In this document: piece by piece, positions 1-13,087 of the stretch
How the letters are laid out: each line of letters begins with the position of its first letter
Position numbering within the stretch: the first letter of the stretch is position 1
From: Lingula anatina
Taxonomy: Eukaryota > Animalia > Brachiopoda
NCBI GenBank assembly: GCA_051362555.1
Contig: CM120646.1
Coordinates: 23,994,001-24,058,000 of the forward strand
Direction: 5' to 3'
Length of the DNA: 64,000 nt
Position numbers and translations under genes: made by a program
Notes under the pieces: generated by a model
Told to the model about the DNA's origin: nothing
The model's database searches: none
What the model saw: the letters and a program-made list of their open reading frames with translations, nothing else

Positions 1-1029
1 AATAAACAAAGTTTATTAATAAACGCCCAATATATTCATAATTAAAGCCTATTTGCCTGTTTGACTGCATTTAAAGTTAAAACCAAGACGCAACTGACCA
101 TAATGTGTGTTTGATTGACGGGGCTGGTTTAGAGATGTACGTGCTGCATACCTTATTGGTATTTATACCTAGGCCTTCACAAGCTATATATCCCATATCA
201 TTCGGATAATTTTCAAGTGATGTTTTGCTACAGGATGACAACTTAGCATCCCAATTGTATTGCTTTAGGAGCGTACAGTGAAGGGGATATCATGAAAACC
301 CAGTGATCTGACCAAAGCCATTGTGGCGATTTGATCGACTAATGGTAGAGGACAGATCCAGTATAACTACGTAGTATAAGTGTGCATACCAATGCAATTT
401 ACTGTTACACAACACCATACTCCCTTGGGCAAAATTAAAGGCTAACATCCCCGTTTCAATTTACCACTTCAAGGGAAAGATTCAGAACAGCGCCCTGGCC
501 TGAATTTTGATCTTACAAACTGACCCCTGGAACAAAAAGTGAAAATGTGAGCCACATTTATTTAATTTAATATCAGAATAAATATATGACACGTTCCATT
601 ACTTTCACTGGTTTATGTCATTGCACCTTCTAACAGGGAAAGCAGTCAGAAGTTATTAAAAGTAATATGAAACATTAATAAAAACGTTATGCAAAACGTG
701 AGCGGTTGGGATAAGTTAATTTACGCTCTCATCTTTCATATGAAAAAAAAAATGAATATTTATTACAAGAGTTCAGGGTGGGAAGGGAGCATAAGGGCAT
801 AGCAACTATTATGTTATGAAATAACGATTTGAAATAAAAAAAGTCAAGTTGAGCCTTTCTACTGATATACTTTATCGTGTTTCGTGACTATCTAGCTTGG
901 TCGGTTAAGAAGATATATACCCCCCCCCCCCCCCCCCCCCCCGCCCACACTTATTCCAACCTGTAAGATTGGAAAGTCGGTAGTCTGGCTCGGGCAATAA
1001 AATCTCACTATCTCCACATCTGGTTTCTA

Positions 1030-1482
1030 TCAAGCGCGTTCAGAGCTTCAGAGCTTAGGACATACATACCCCCTGAAGAAAGGATCTGCAAGTTATGCTC
1101 AGATGAAGTGGAAAACGAAATACACTTTCTTTTAAAATGCCCCTTACTCACCAAACACAGGGAGATCCTAAAACCAGATCCTACACAAACCCCAGAGGGT
1201 CAATTCAAATGCATAATGCAGTCAAACGATTTACATGTTATAAAGAATGTGACCCACTATATCACAATGTGTAATAAGGAAAGAAAAAATATTCTCAACC
1301 AACCACCACCTAGTCAACCAAAGTAACGAGCGTATACTGCAATTGTAAAATCTGATCACAGTTATTGTATAAACAATATTGTAATTCACTATTGTAATTT
1401 TAGTTATATGATTATATTATGTATACTGTTAGGTCATAGTCATTGTAAAAAATGTACTTGAACCGCAATAAATAATAATAAT
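1030..1482 (+). mobile_element. 3' fragment of a non-LTR retrotransposon (LINE ORF2 C-terminal zinc-finger region plus tail)
   Basis: Frame reads ..ERICKLCSDEVENEIHFLLKCP.. (CxxC-x7-H-x4-C, typical of LINE ORF2 C-termini); ends in AATAAA-(TAA)n at ~1468-1482. Confidence 0.65.
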
Positions 1483-1533
1483 ATTGCTCCTCGGGCCAGG
1501 AAATCTGGAGAGGGGGAGTAGAGGAACATGTCT

Positions 1534-2570
1534 ACCATGGCCCATAGGAGCCTACGCGTGCGTCTTTTAGACGCCACTTTACATGCGAAAACGACAAGGC
1601 CTATGCCGAGTTCGTCTTTTACTACAGAGCTTTGAGAGCCGAAAATGGCATGGCTGTGTCTCTTTCGCCACTTACTGAACTCCACAGATGCGAGATTGAC
1701 ACGACCCATGTCGCGTTTGTCTCTCAAAAGACACTGTTAAAAAACATGAAATAGGCATTACGTGTGATTTTCGCAGCTGAATAAGTAGACCCTTATAAAC
1801 GAAGTTGACGTGACCTTAGAGTCATGTCGCTTTCAACTTTTACAAACCTCCAACAAAATCTATCTCCACACAGACGCGCGCGACATGTACTATTTGATAT
1901 GGGTCAGTTGAAAGCGACATTAACCTAACTGGCTCATGTTACTTTCAGCCAATTAATTTGAAACAGAGGGACCGTCTTAAACCCCTTTATATTTGAATCC
2001 TTGAAAATAAAAATATGAGGCCATATAATTATTACAAGCAATTAGCCACACTGTTATCTAGATAGCACTAAATTATGATGGGATTCAAATGAAAAAAATG
2101 TTTTGGGACAGCACAGCATTGTTTCAAATTAATTGGATTTGACATATAAGAGTTGGCTGAAAGTAACATGAGCCCTTTAGGTTAATAGGGTTTCAACTGA
2201 CCCATGTCCAATAGTACATGTCGCGCGCGTCTGTGTGGAGATAGATTTTGTTGGAGGTTTGTAAGAGTTGAAAGCGACATGACTCTCAAGTTACGTCAAC
2301 TTCGTTTATAAGGGTCTACTTATTCAGCTGCGAAAATCACACGTAATGCCTATTTCATGTTTTATAACAGTGTCATTTGAGAGACGAACGCGACATGGGT
2401 CGTGTCAATCTCGCATCTGTGGAGTTCAGTAAGTGGCGAAAGAGACACAGCCATGTCATTTTCGGCTCTCAAAGCTCTGTAGTTAAAGACGAACTCGGCA
2501 TAGGCCTTGTCGTTTTCGCATGTAAAGGGGCGTCTAAAAGAGGCACGCGTAGGCTCCTATGGGCCATGGT
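1534..2570. mobile_element. Non-autonomous foldback/MITE DNA transposon, ~420-bp terminal inverted repeats, 8-bp TSD
   Basis: ACCATGGCCCATAGGAGCC at 1534 is mirrored by GGCTCCTATGGGCCATGGT ending 2570; ACATGTCT directly flanks both ends (1526-1533, 2571-2578). The mirrored ORFs 1440-1727(-) and 2377-2727(+) arise from the arms. Confidence 0.9.
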
Positions 2571-3821
2571 ACATGTCTTCTCAATATGGAAAACTATATA
2601 TTTTGGTAATTTTCTTTGTAACATTTACAAACACTATAAAATACCCTTTCTCGATTTGATATCATGTTCACACATTTCTGTAAATATCCTGAATTTAAAT
2701 ACTAATGTTAAATGTCAGAGACTTTGATTTATGACGAGAGAGAGAGAGGTTAAGACATTCTGTAAATGTCCCGAACTAGAGGAGGGTGTTATAAACTAAA
2801 CACATCTTGGCAATAACCCGTAGACATTTAGCCGGCAGAGTGGTTTAGTTATTATGATCAACATTATTGTTTATATTTTTATCAATATCAAACAATTTTA
2901 CTGTTTGCAGCTATACCAGTTTGGAACCTGTACTCTGCGCCATATAATAGCAATGGTGCAAAGTAGTTATATTGTAAAATCCTGCAATAAAATTTTCTTC
3001 AAATATCAAATTTTATTAGATGGTTGAATACAACATCAGTAATAGAACAGTAATAGAATTCAGTATAATGATACTGAATTGTTGTAAAGACATGTAGGAA
3101 GCAGGGTGACCATATATGCTCGGAATTTTCTCGGAGAGGGAAATTTCTCGAGTTTGTTCACTGCCCTGTGAAGCCATATTTTGTGGCCTGAAATGCCGCA
3201 TCCGTTCTTCGTGACCTGACCTGTCAAAAGCAAGTCTGGGCGCTCTTTCGATTCTTCCACATTAATCAAGATACGGAGTATCAATTACAAGTGTCCGGGT
3301 GTGGGGGGGGGGGGGGGGGGGGGAGCATGAAGGGAATAAATAATTATAAGTAGTATCCTTGCGACACAAGGTTACTCTGCAATTTATATCTTTCAATTTA
3401 TGCTGTGAAATAATAGTCAGCTAGTCCGTTGATCTAGCGAATCAACCAAAGACCGTTAGTTGAGTTGCTTAACTGCAAGTAATTAATCCCCTCCCCTCCC
3501 CCGAATGTCATACTGGCAGGTTTCCAAATGAAGACTATACCGCAGAAAAAGTTTGGGACCCAAAAGAGAGTCAGCCAAAGACACGGTTGGGGAGCACGTT
3601 TGAACACGTCATGATGGACATTAACAGGTGTAGGACCAGAACAGAGCCTCTGGTAAACAGTTTAGAACCAAGGGACCGAACTTGATTTGAGGACCAGAAG
3701 AGAGGCTTAACATGTACAGAGCTTCTTGTAAACAGTTTGGAACCAAGGGACCGAACTTGATTTGAGGACCATAAGAGAGTCTTAACATACGTGACCATTT
3801 ATTTTGTGTTTATTTTAGAAA

Positions 3822-6800
3822 ATGTCTCTTGGATTCGTTACAATCGCAGCTATAACCGCCTGCCTTTCCACCGTTATAAGACAAGCAGAAGCTGTGTGCT
3901 GCTATCCGGCTATCACAAATTACTGTGGAGACTGCAGTCCCGTAAGTTGTTTTTATTCAGAGACTGTGTAAATAGTCAATAGTCAATAGTCATTTAGCTC
4001 TCAGTGGAATGCTGACTTATACATTTAATACTATTTGCCTTAAATTATCGATGCCTTTAACCCTTACAAATTACAGAAGTATTTTGCTTTCCCTGACTTT
4101 AAATTACTTGGTGTAAATTTCTCAGAAATTCACATATAGCAGCCGAAGTAGTTTGTTTTGTTGAAAAATATTGAAAACAAATTAAACTTGCACCAAAAGA
4201 TGAAAAAGGTATCATAAGCAACCGAAAGAAAGAGTATTCAAAAGATGCGTAAAATATAATAAGGCAAAATTTAATAGTATAAAATATTTTAACGGACCCA
4301 TGGTGGAAGTAATAATAGATTGTTTCCCAGAAAATTTGCAAAAGCCGATGTCGGGATAGCCGACTTTACATTGTAGGTCACACACTTTATGTTCTAACTT
4401 CACCGTCGATCCATGGTCACACTTCCTCATTTTACTAAGTGGTAATTTAGGATAATAATGGTCTATATTTGTACGTTGAACCCTGACAGGACGAAGTGTC
4501 CCTTTCACTTCCAAACAATCACTTGTACTTGGACTAATACCAATGATTTATGTGAATAGGGATTATAGCTTCTTGCTTGTACCCACTACGGTTGTATCAC
4601 CATAGACTTCCCTATCACTATTTAATTACCATGTTACGTGAGTTCCCCACTAGTACAAATGACACTTTGTTTTTCAAATTTTTAAAAATACTACAATCCA
4701 ACCTAGTTTTATTTTACCATGATGAAGAGAAGTGATTGCAGTCATCAATTTCAGATGTTAAAGATACCTAGTAAATTATCCTTTTAAAAACTGGTGTTGT
4801 TTACAAAGACTTAAAATTACAGAGAGATGGAAAAACACCCTAGAGAGAAGGGGGGTCTGACGGAGCGCAATATGAACACATTGTTACTGGGAAGATTTTT
4901 CTCTCCATTTTCTGCATGTAATATGTTAAGGAGTGGAAATGGGCCTTTTTTCAACTTTTGCCTCTAGATAGTTATTTTATCTATTCTGAATTATATAGCC
5001 AATTCTCTTTTTTACAATACCAGCATGTCAAGCATTCAAAATAGAATTGAGGAGATATAGTCAATATGTTTACATATATCGCTAGCGCATTTGTTTGCTC
5101 TAAAAGCTGTGACTGCATAATCTGAAATCCAAGTAAATAAAATGGCTGTGAGCAGACAGCCACACACAGCATGTTCTGCAGCTTGTATACACCGTGTGCA
5201 GATCATAAATGTAATCCCCAGGCTTGTAAATCGATTTTCACAAGGAAACCGTGACCAGCCAGCGTTTTACACCATTAGGTATATGTCGTGAAATTACAAG
5301 TACTTGTTCTTGTAAATAAGTGTCGATTCAATATGAAGTACAATAATTGTGGACAGACAGCACCGTTCACTAAATTTGTCCATGCTAAAATCTATACTAC
5401 GATAGCAACCTGCATTGAACTTACACGAAAACAAAATAATACAATACCGTGTTTGTGCTTAATGCTGTCAGAGCCTTTGTTTTTAATTGCGAAAGAGATT
5501 TCCATAATGAAGAAATAAAATATAGCATTATAAAATAAATAAACGATAATAACTTTTTTATTTTAAAAATATTATTATTTAAAAAATAATTATCATCTAA
5601 GTTTTTATTGCATTGCCGTTAAGATACGACAGCAATGATAACAGTGAGGCGGTGTTTGGGTTGATCGACATTGCACGTGTTGGCACTGGTATCAGCTCCT
5701 TAATTGTGCTCTTCTGGCTGATGCACCTTGTCGTTAATTAACCTTACAGAGCATCGTTGCTTCGTGCTGGACCACAGATACCAGAGTCAAGGGATTCAGT
5801 CGCCTAAGCTACATGTATGTGTTCTTTGACTAAGCTGTTTTTAATTCCGTTTAAAATTTGTTTGCCCACTGTTTGCCCATCCCTTTCTATTCCCAGAATA
5901 GGGACTGAACTATTTTAAACGTTATAAAACAGAATATAACAGAAATTTAATGATGAGCCCTACTCGAATCTTCCTCCTAAGGTCTTAAGTAATCAATATT
6001 AGAGTGGCCTTACGAGTTCTCACATTGTGCCCATGGCAGCAAGCCTTCTGCATACTGGCCAAATCATTGTCGCACACCAAGTACCCCTGTAGGACACCAA
6101 GTAGGAATTTGTAGCTATATCGTGCAGCCATATCTGTCTGTATTCTGTAGCCAGGTCCCCAATACAGCAGGAACATGACTCCATTGTGGACTTGTCCCAA
6201 GTGTGTCTTTCTTGTGTCTTATGATGCAATGGGCAAAGCTGATTTGCTAAGACACATAACGTGGCTCTGGGGTAAACGGTACATGTCACAAAATTGTTAT
6301 ATAAATATCATTCAAATTGAAATGTTCTCCAACTTATTTCAATTGTTTTAGGTGTGGTATGGCTGTGGAGTTGGGAAATGTGATAAGTTAATGTGTAACT
6401 GTCGAGGAGGCTGCAGATCCGGTTGCTCTAATATAAGGATTGTAGGATATAAGTAAAATACCTCTATGTATTCATCCAGCTAATGCAGCTAGTTTCTCTT
6501 CTCTATAAATCAATTTACCACAATATATATTTGAATTTGACCGGATTTTGTGATCATTAAACAGCCAAATCAACGTGCTTGTAATTAAGAAATAAATGGT
6601 ACAAGAAAAGCTCTTCCCAAAACCATTCATTGATTTGGGAAACATCCGAAAAAAAAATGATGTTCATTTATTTACATCATATTAAAAGAACTAAAACAAT
6701 ACCCAGACTAAAATAGCTTATTTGCTTATTTTCTTATCGGTGTGTTATCTGTAAAAATTGTTTTGAAGGAAATATTGACGTTATAATCAAATTGCATAAT

Positions 6801-8808
6801 TCTTGATAGGCCACCAACGTGCACTTGCGACCGCAAGAGATCTGCAGGCGTGGATTACAGCATTGACGCTAGTGTAGTATTCAGTAACACTGATACAGAC
6901 AGGTAAGTAATGTAGGCGTGGATTACAGCATTGATGCTAGTGTAGTATTCAGTAACACAGATACAGACAGGTTAGTGATGTAAGTGTGGATTACAGCATT
7001 GACGCCAGTGTAGTATTCAGTAACACTGATACAGACAGGTAAGTGATGTAGGTGTGGATTACAACATTGACGCTAGTGTAGTATACAGTAACACTGATAC
7101 AGACAGGTAAGTGATGTAAGTGTGGATTACAACATTGACGCTAGTGTAGTATACAGTGACACTGATACAGACAGGTAAGTGATGTAGGTGTGGATTACAA
7201 CATTGACGCTAGTGTAGTATACAGTAACACTGATACAGACAGGTAAGTGATGTAGGTGTGGATTACAGCATTGACGCTAGTGTAGTATTCAGTAACACTG
7301 ATACAGACAGGTAAGTGATGTAGGTGTGGATTACAACATTGACGCCAGTGTAGTATTCAGTAACACTGATACAGACAGGTAAATGATATAGTTAAATTCA
7401 CTGAGAATAAAATTGGAGTAATTTGACTCTCTAGTCAGAGTCCAGCACCCCTTGACCCTCATGGAGTTAATTTGACTCCTATATAAGGGTCAAATTACCC
7501 CACTACCAGAGCTTTAGACTCTCTTATCAGAGTCAATCACCCCCTGGCTCTCATGGAGTCAATCTGACTCTAAAATCAGAGTCAAATTATCGGGGGTCAG
7601 TATCTGACTGACCCCTTTCACCGCCTCGTTTCGCTCGCTGGACAGTAAGCATCGTTTCATTACTTGTGATGGCAGTGAGCAGACGGCGTGGAGAGAACAG
7701 TTTTCCTCTTGCTTTGTCAGTATAAACATTACTTTATTGGCCATAGTTGGTTTTATGCATTAACAAGTGGTTTTCTCTCTGTTTCTGCATGCAGAACTCG
7801 TGCACTTAATTACATTGTATAACTGGCCTGGGATTTCAGTTGCCACACCCTTTATGTGATATATTGGTATGCAGGTCAGCAGGTTGTGTTTCCAGGTTGT
7901 AGGTTTGACCCACCAATGCATGTCAGTGGAGAGGTATGCTCACTCATTTGTGTATATATATATATGTATATATGTCATGCTGTTTATTACCAGATTTAAT
8001 AACTGTTTGTTATTGCTCCTTCAACACCACATGTGACCGCATGGTCCAGTGGTTTGAATGTCTGCCTCTGAAGCGGGAGGACGTGGGTTCGAGCCCGTCT
8101 GGAGACACATCAGTCTGAAGTAAATGATATTTGCAGTCTCTCCCCTTGGTACTGATGTTGTTGTTTTTGTTCATGATGTGCCAAGGAGTCAAAGATTCCT
8201 AAATATGGGGCCATGGTGACTCTTTTGTAGAGATAAATCAAGGGATGAAGGGATGTGTGAATGGAGTCAATTGTGACCCTTCTCTGGGGTCTGGGATGGC
8301 ATTTCTCCCAATTGGGAGTTATTTTAGGCACCACTGCTGGACTCCAAGTTTGGAGTCACTTAGACTACGATTTTATTCTCAGTGTTATTGTAAACAGGTG
8401 TGTAAAATGTGCACTGGTAGTCCTATACAATCATGGGTCGCTACATATAGTATTACATATGGTCAGATAGTGTTTATTAAAAGTATGTTACTTCCCGTCG
8501 AAACAGATCTGGCCAGATCTATTGTTTATTTTGTTAAATTGGATTATTCATGAAATGAAAGTGTAGAAGCAAAAGATAAAAATCACGGGAGGTATGTCTA
8601 CAGAATTCAGTAGAACTGAGCTGCTGATTGTGATTACAATCTGTATTATTACAGAAACGAGCAGCTGTCCAGAGATGAATACATTCGAGCTGCAATGAAC
8701 TTGAACAGGAACACAAGATCTGAGGACATCCATGCTGAATTTATGGAGAAAGACAAAAATGGCGACGACATGATCAGTTGGGATGAATTTGAAACAAAAA
8801 GTGAATGA
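3822..8808 (+). CDS. Mytimycin-like Cys-rich/EF-hand precursor, copy A (exons 3822-3941, 6352-6452, 6810-6902, 8655-8808)
   Basis: GT-AG splicing keeps frame: MSLGFVTIAAITACLSTVIRQAEA|VCCYPAITNYCGDCSPVWYGCGVGKCDKLMCNCRGGCRSGCSNIRIVGYKPPTCTCD-RKR-SAGVDYSIDASVVFSNTDTDRNEQLSRDEYIRAAMNLNRNTRSEDIHAEFMEKDKNGDDMISWDEFETKSE*. Hydrophobic leader, 12 Cys, two EF-hand loops. Confidence 0.88.
6850..7385 (+). repeat. 68-bp tandem array (8 units) of exon-3 end + splice donor, copy A
   Basis: Unit GTGGATTACAGCATTGACGCTAGTGTAGTATTCAGTAACACTGATACAGACAG|GTAAGTGATGTAGGT; starts at 6850, 6918, 6986 ... 7326. Confidence 0.95.
8033..8108 (+). other. tRNA-derived pol III head (SINE or tRNA pseudogene)
   Basis: A-box TGGTCCAGTGG, B-box GGTTCGAGCCC and an anticodon-like arm TCTGC-CTCTGAA-GCGGG; the acceptor stem does not pair, so it is not called a functional tRNA. 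Confidence 0.6.
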
Positions 8809-9779
8809 AACTGTAAAAAATCACTTGCTGTTAAAAATATTGTATTGGTTTCATGTAGGCCTTCAAAGATAAATCCAGCTGAGTTTGAAAAGCATCAGCA
8901 AATGATTTTTATGTTTTTATTATCTTTGAAAGGAAAGAAAAGGACAAAAATTTTCTCCCCGTAAATTATAATGTGTTGTCATCATGGAGGCGTACAAAGA
9001 AAAATAATCGAATTTGAATGCGTCTGCAAATGTTGTTATTTTTTCCTCAGTGATTCTTTGAAATAAAAGCCTGATGAATATATACACTATTTGTCTGACA
9101 GTTCAGTAAAATGCTGGTAGACACTTGGTTTTTATCACCAGTCTAAAACGGTAATTTTTTAAATTGTTATTTGCTGTAATAGTTTCAGTGACAAAAGAGT
9201 GATTCATTCCAAAATAATGGTTGTTGTAAATTATCTGTTTGACATTTTACACAATTCTTTTTTGAACTGTTAACTGGAAAACCTCGACAATGTATCATCT
9301 TTATTAGATTACAGCTCCCGTTGAGGACGAACTCACTGCATGATTATCGCTTCAAGAATATCATTATACGTTACTCATTTCTTTCAAGACATTTATAAGT
9401 CCAATCCCACTGACATTAAGTATACCATATGAACTACTGCTGTATGATCTATAGAAAAGATCATGTTCTTCTCTTTATATACAATCCTTATGACGTCATT
9501 TATGTCCAAAGAAAAATGCAGAATATGCGGATGAGATGACTGCCAAGTCTACGCATCAATGCCTTTCACATATCTCGGCAACTGAAATAGCCCTAAAAGG
9601 TCCGAAACTATCAATTAACTTACCGATTTTACTGTTTTAAATTTATAAAAAATTGTAAAATATATCTTTTGGGCATTTGAGACAATGCTTTTCTGAAATG
9701 ATAAATGATAAAAACCCTGCCAATCTGTTTCAATTAAATATGGGGATCAATCTTCTAAATATCCTGTTGCTTTTGTGCT

Positions 9780-10190
9780 AACATCTGCCAATACTCGATC
9801 TGATTGGCTGGTTACCCCAATACACGTGTCACTTACTGCTGACTGAACCATTACATCAGATACAACTGTCAAGGTAAGGTGTTCAGGACTTTCTAGTGTA
9901 GCAGGTTACTTTCAATTAATGTAAAATTTATTATATACTTATTTAGTTTTCTTTGCGCTGTCATTACACCTTAACCATTTTATCATTAGAATAGTTTGTG
10001 TAGAGAAAATAAGACATGCCATTCTGTTTTCAATTCAACGTGGCGAAACTTCTAACTTCAAGCTTCTAAATATGCTTTTGTACCGACCTCTGCCAATACT
10101 CGATCTGATTGGCTGGTTACCCCAATACACGTGTCACTTACTGCTGACTGAACCATTACATCAGATACAACTGTCAAGGTAAGGTGTTTC
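9780..10190 (+). promoter_or_regulatory. Tandemly duplicated putative promoter + non-coding first exon of copy B
   Basis: Block CTGATTGGCTGGTTACCCCAATA...CAACTGTCAAG|GTAAGG occurs twice ~305 bp apart (~9800, ~10105); the same block lies upstream of copies C (~14160), D (~26525) and E (~32755); contains a reverse CCAAT box. Confidence 0.6.
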
Positions 10191-10546
10191 TTTCTAGTGT
10201 GGTACGTTATTTAAACATAGCATAAAACTTAACGTAATTTATTTTATTCTCTAATCGCCATCATTACATCATACCGGCAGTAGAGTGTCGTTATGTATTC
10301 TATTATTGTATGTTACTACATGTATGTTATCAGTTAAAGTATGTTGTTATGTTTCATGTTGTTCTTATGTTATCTGCTAGAGTAAATTAATGTGTGTTCT
10401 ACTGCCTGTAAAGTAGGTTGTTATGTTTCGTATTATAGTGTATTGTCATGTTTTCTTGAATACTGCGGTGATATTTCCTGTTACAGTATGTTGTTATGCG
10501 CATCAGGCAAAAGGTTGGTCACATTATATAATTATATATATATCCC

Positions 10547-10810
10547 GCACGAAAACGCAGTAGATACTCCAGCGCAGTAGACTACTGCAATCATACTGCA
10601 TTTCGATTTCGGAGCTAATTAGCATATTTGAAACATGCTTCTATCATGCTGCTAATCTACTGCATTAATGCTCCTCTCTGTACAAACCTATGTACTTTTT
10701 GGAGTAGAATTGCAGTAGACCATACTGCAATTCTACTGCAAATATGCTCCACACCACTACTCGTTAATACATTGCTTCTTTGATACTTCGATACTACTGC
10801 ATTTTCGTGC
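10547..10810. mobile_element. Small MITE-like insertion upstream of the first coding exon of copy B
   Basis: GCACGAAAACGCAGTAG ... CTACTGCATTTTCGTGC inverted termini; absent from the paralogous regions of copies D and E. Confidence 0.6.
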
Positions 10811-11048
10811 TTTCCTTAATAGTATGCTATCATATTTTGTTATGTTTAACAGTTATGATTTCTGTTATGATATGCTGTCATGATTTGTTACAATGTGCAG
10901 GGCTGTTTTCTGTTAGGGTATGCTGTTTTCTATGCTGCCATGTTTTCTGGTGTCGGTATGGCATACTTCCAGGAAATCCCAATACTAGTACACATACAAA
11001 GTCTTTCTTGAGACAGTGACTTTTGTATAAATGTGTTTATTTTAGAAA

Positions 11049-13087
11049 ATGTTTATTGGATTCGTGACCATCCTGGTTACTGCGTGTTTGTCCGTCGTTG
11101 TTAGAAGAGTGGACGCTGTCTGCTGCTCTCCGAATGTAGATGGTTTTTGCGGGGACTGTAGTCGTGTAAGTTGTGCTTATCTAGAGACTCTGCCAAAAGC
11201 CATGAGATTCACGCTAACGCTGGTGTTTATATAAACACAAAACACAATTTTGCTACTTTTCAAAGATATCCCGGAAAATTACGTTGGAAATCAGGAACTG
11301 GGAGGTAAAGGGCGTGGATCTTTATTTAAAACCAACGTATAAAATGGCATTTTAAACCGCATAAACATCAACACTGGTAATAGGCTGTTATAGTTATTCG
11401 AAGCGAGGACATATTTTTTTCAATATAATTTTTTTCAATAGTTTTTTTTTTCAATATAATTCCTTGGATAATATCTAGAGAAAAAAAATTTTCCTTTTGC
11501 TTCAGTCATATTATGGTTGTGGGGTAGGAAGCTGTGATCGACTGGAGTGTAACTGTGAAGGAGGCTGCAAATCCGGTTGTTCAAAAGTGACAGTTACAGG
11601 ACTTTGGACGTAAGAAAGAAGTATTTTTCCAACTAATAATGCGTTTAATTTGTATGCACTATGAACAATTTGTTTTTTCATTGAATATGAACCGTTGTTA
11701 ATTGAACAACTTCTTTAAAATTTATTATTGAGTATAATGGCTTTCATATTTGTTGAGCTTAAAAAAGAAATAAAAAATTGGCACACTGCACATTCAAATT
11801 GTCACCTAATTATGTTAATTATTTTCTTTACACATCCCCCCCCCCAAATTTTTTTCATATAACATTCATATTTTATAACAAAGAGAAATACCAAAGGCCA
11901 TCGTTTCATCTGTACGAGAAATGATCTTTTAATGGATATTTCCTGCTCTCTGTACGTGCTATAAACATCCCTATGCAGTCTAATTTGAATAAGTATGCGA
12001 TCTATTGCGCAGCTATATATGTACATCCATACATTGGTGTGAGAGTGATGACTATGTAATGTGCGGACAGTATTACGTCATTTATGGGACTTTTAAGAAC
12101 TGGAGGGATGCATAAATAGAATAATTTACGACCAAACAATAATCAAAGTGCACTTTTGGAAGATAATGGTCGTATAAGACACAAGAAGTTGTGATTTATA
12201 TGCTGTGTATATGTAACATTTTTTCCACTGGTAGGCGCAAATGCCATTGCGAAAGTGCACGAAAGAGGTCCGCGGGTGTAAGTGTAGATTACAGCATTGA
12301 CGCCAGTGTAGTATTCAGTAACACTGATGCAGACAGGTTAGTGATGTAGGTGTGGATTACAGCATTGACGCAAGTGTAGTATTCAGTAACACTGATACAG
12401 ACAGGTAAGTGATGTAGGTGTGGATTACAGCATTGACGCTAGTGTAGTATTCAGTAACACTGATACAGACAGGTAAGTGATGTAGGTGTGGATTACAGCA
12501 CGGACGCTAGTGAAGTATTCAGTAACACTGATACAGACAGGTAAGTGATGTTAGTGTGGATTACAGCATTGGAACTAGTAAAGTATTCAGTAATTCAGAT
12601 GTAGACTGGTAAGTGATAATAGTGCTATGGAATTATGTAAAGTTACATACAAGTTAAAATTGGATTTGGAAAGAACTAATTTATAAGCGTATATCCAGTT
12701 GTAGATTTATAGTATTGTATTTCTACACAAATAAGTTTCTCATTATCTGTTAAATAAACTCAATTTTAACAGACGGTTACCGTCATTTTGGAGATATCAT
12801 ACATTTCAGCGTCAAAAATTTTCGGTCGTGTTCTTATCATTATGTTAAAATGTAAAAATAACATTAAGCCATTAAGAAACGAACTTCAGTAAAACTGAAC
12901 GGCATATTTTGATTATAAACCGTATCATTACAGAAATAAGCAACTGTCCAGAGATGAATACATTCGTGCTGCAATAAACCTGAACAGAAACGCAAGATCT
13001 GAGGACATCCATGCTGAATTTACTGAAAAAGACAAAAATGGCGACGACATGATCAGTTTGGATGAATTTGACATAAAAAGGGAATGA
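11049..13087 (+). CDS. Mytimycin-like precursor, copy B (exons 11049-11165, 11506-11609, 12235-12336, 12934-13087)
   Basis: MFIGFVTILVTACLSVVVRRVDA|VCCSPNVDGFCGDCSRSYYGCGVGSCDRLECNCEGGCKSGCSKVTVTGLWTRKCHCESA-RKR-...DADRNKQLSRDEY...DKNGDDMISLDEFDIKRE*; same intron phases (0,2,2) as copy A. Confidence 0.9.
12284..12618 (+). repeat. 68-bp donor-site tandem array (5 units, last degenerate), copy B
   Basis: Same unit as 6850-7385. Confidence 0.93.

Noticed and set aside
1440-2727. Pair of near-identical ORFs on opposite strands (also 20214-20456 / 22387-22626)
   Set aside because: They are the two arms of inverted-repeat transposons, with no protein motifs.
5985-6289. Minus-strand ORFs inside the copy A intron
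   Set aside because: No recognisable motif or exon chain.
6850-7385. 68-bp arrays as CRISPR-like loci
   Set aside because: Units are contiguous near-identical repeats with no unique spacers, no cas genes, and a eukaryotic intron context.
8033-8108. Functional tRNA-Gln(CTG)
   Set aside because: The acceptor stem cannot form; better explained as a SINE head or pseudogene.
8534-8733. Recurrent minus-strand ORFs (also 12872, 17296, 28210, 35842, 35919)
   Set aside because: Antisense shadows of the plus-strand EF-hand exon 4.
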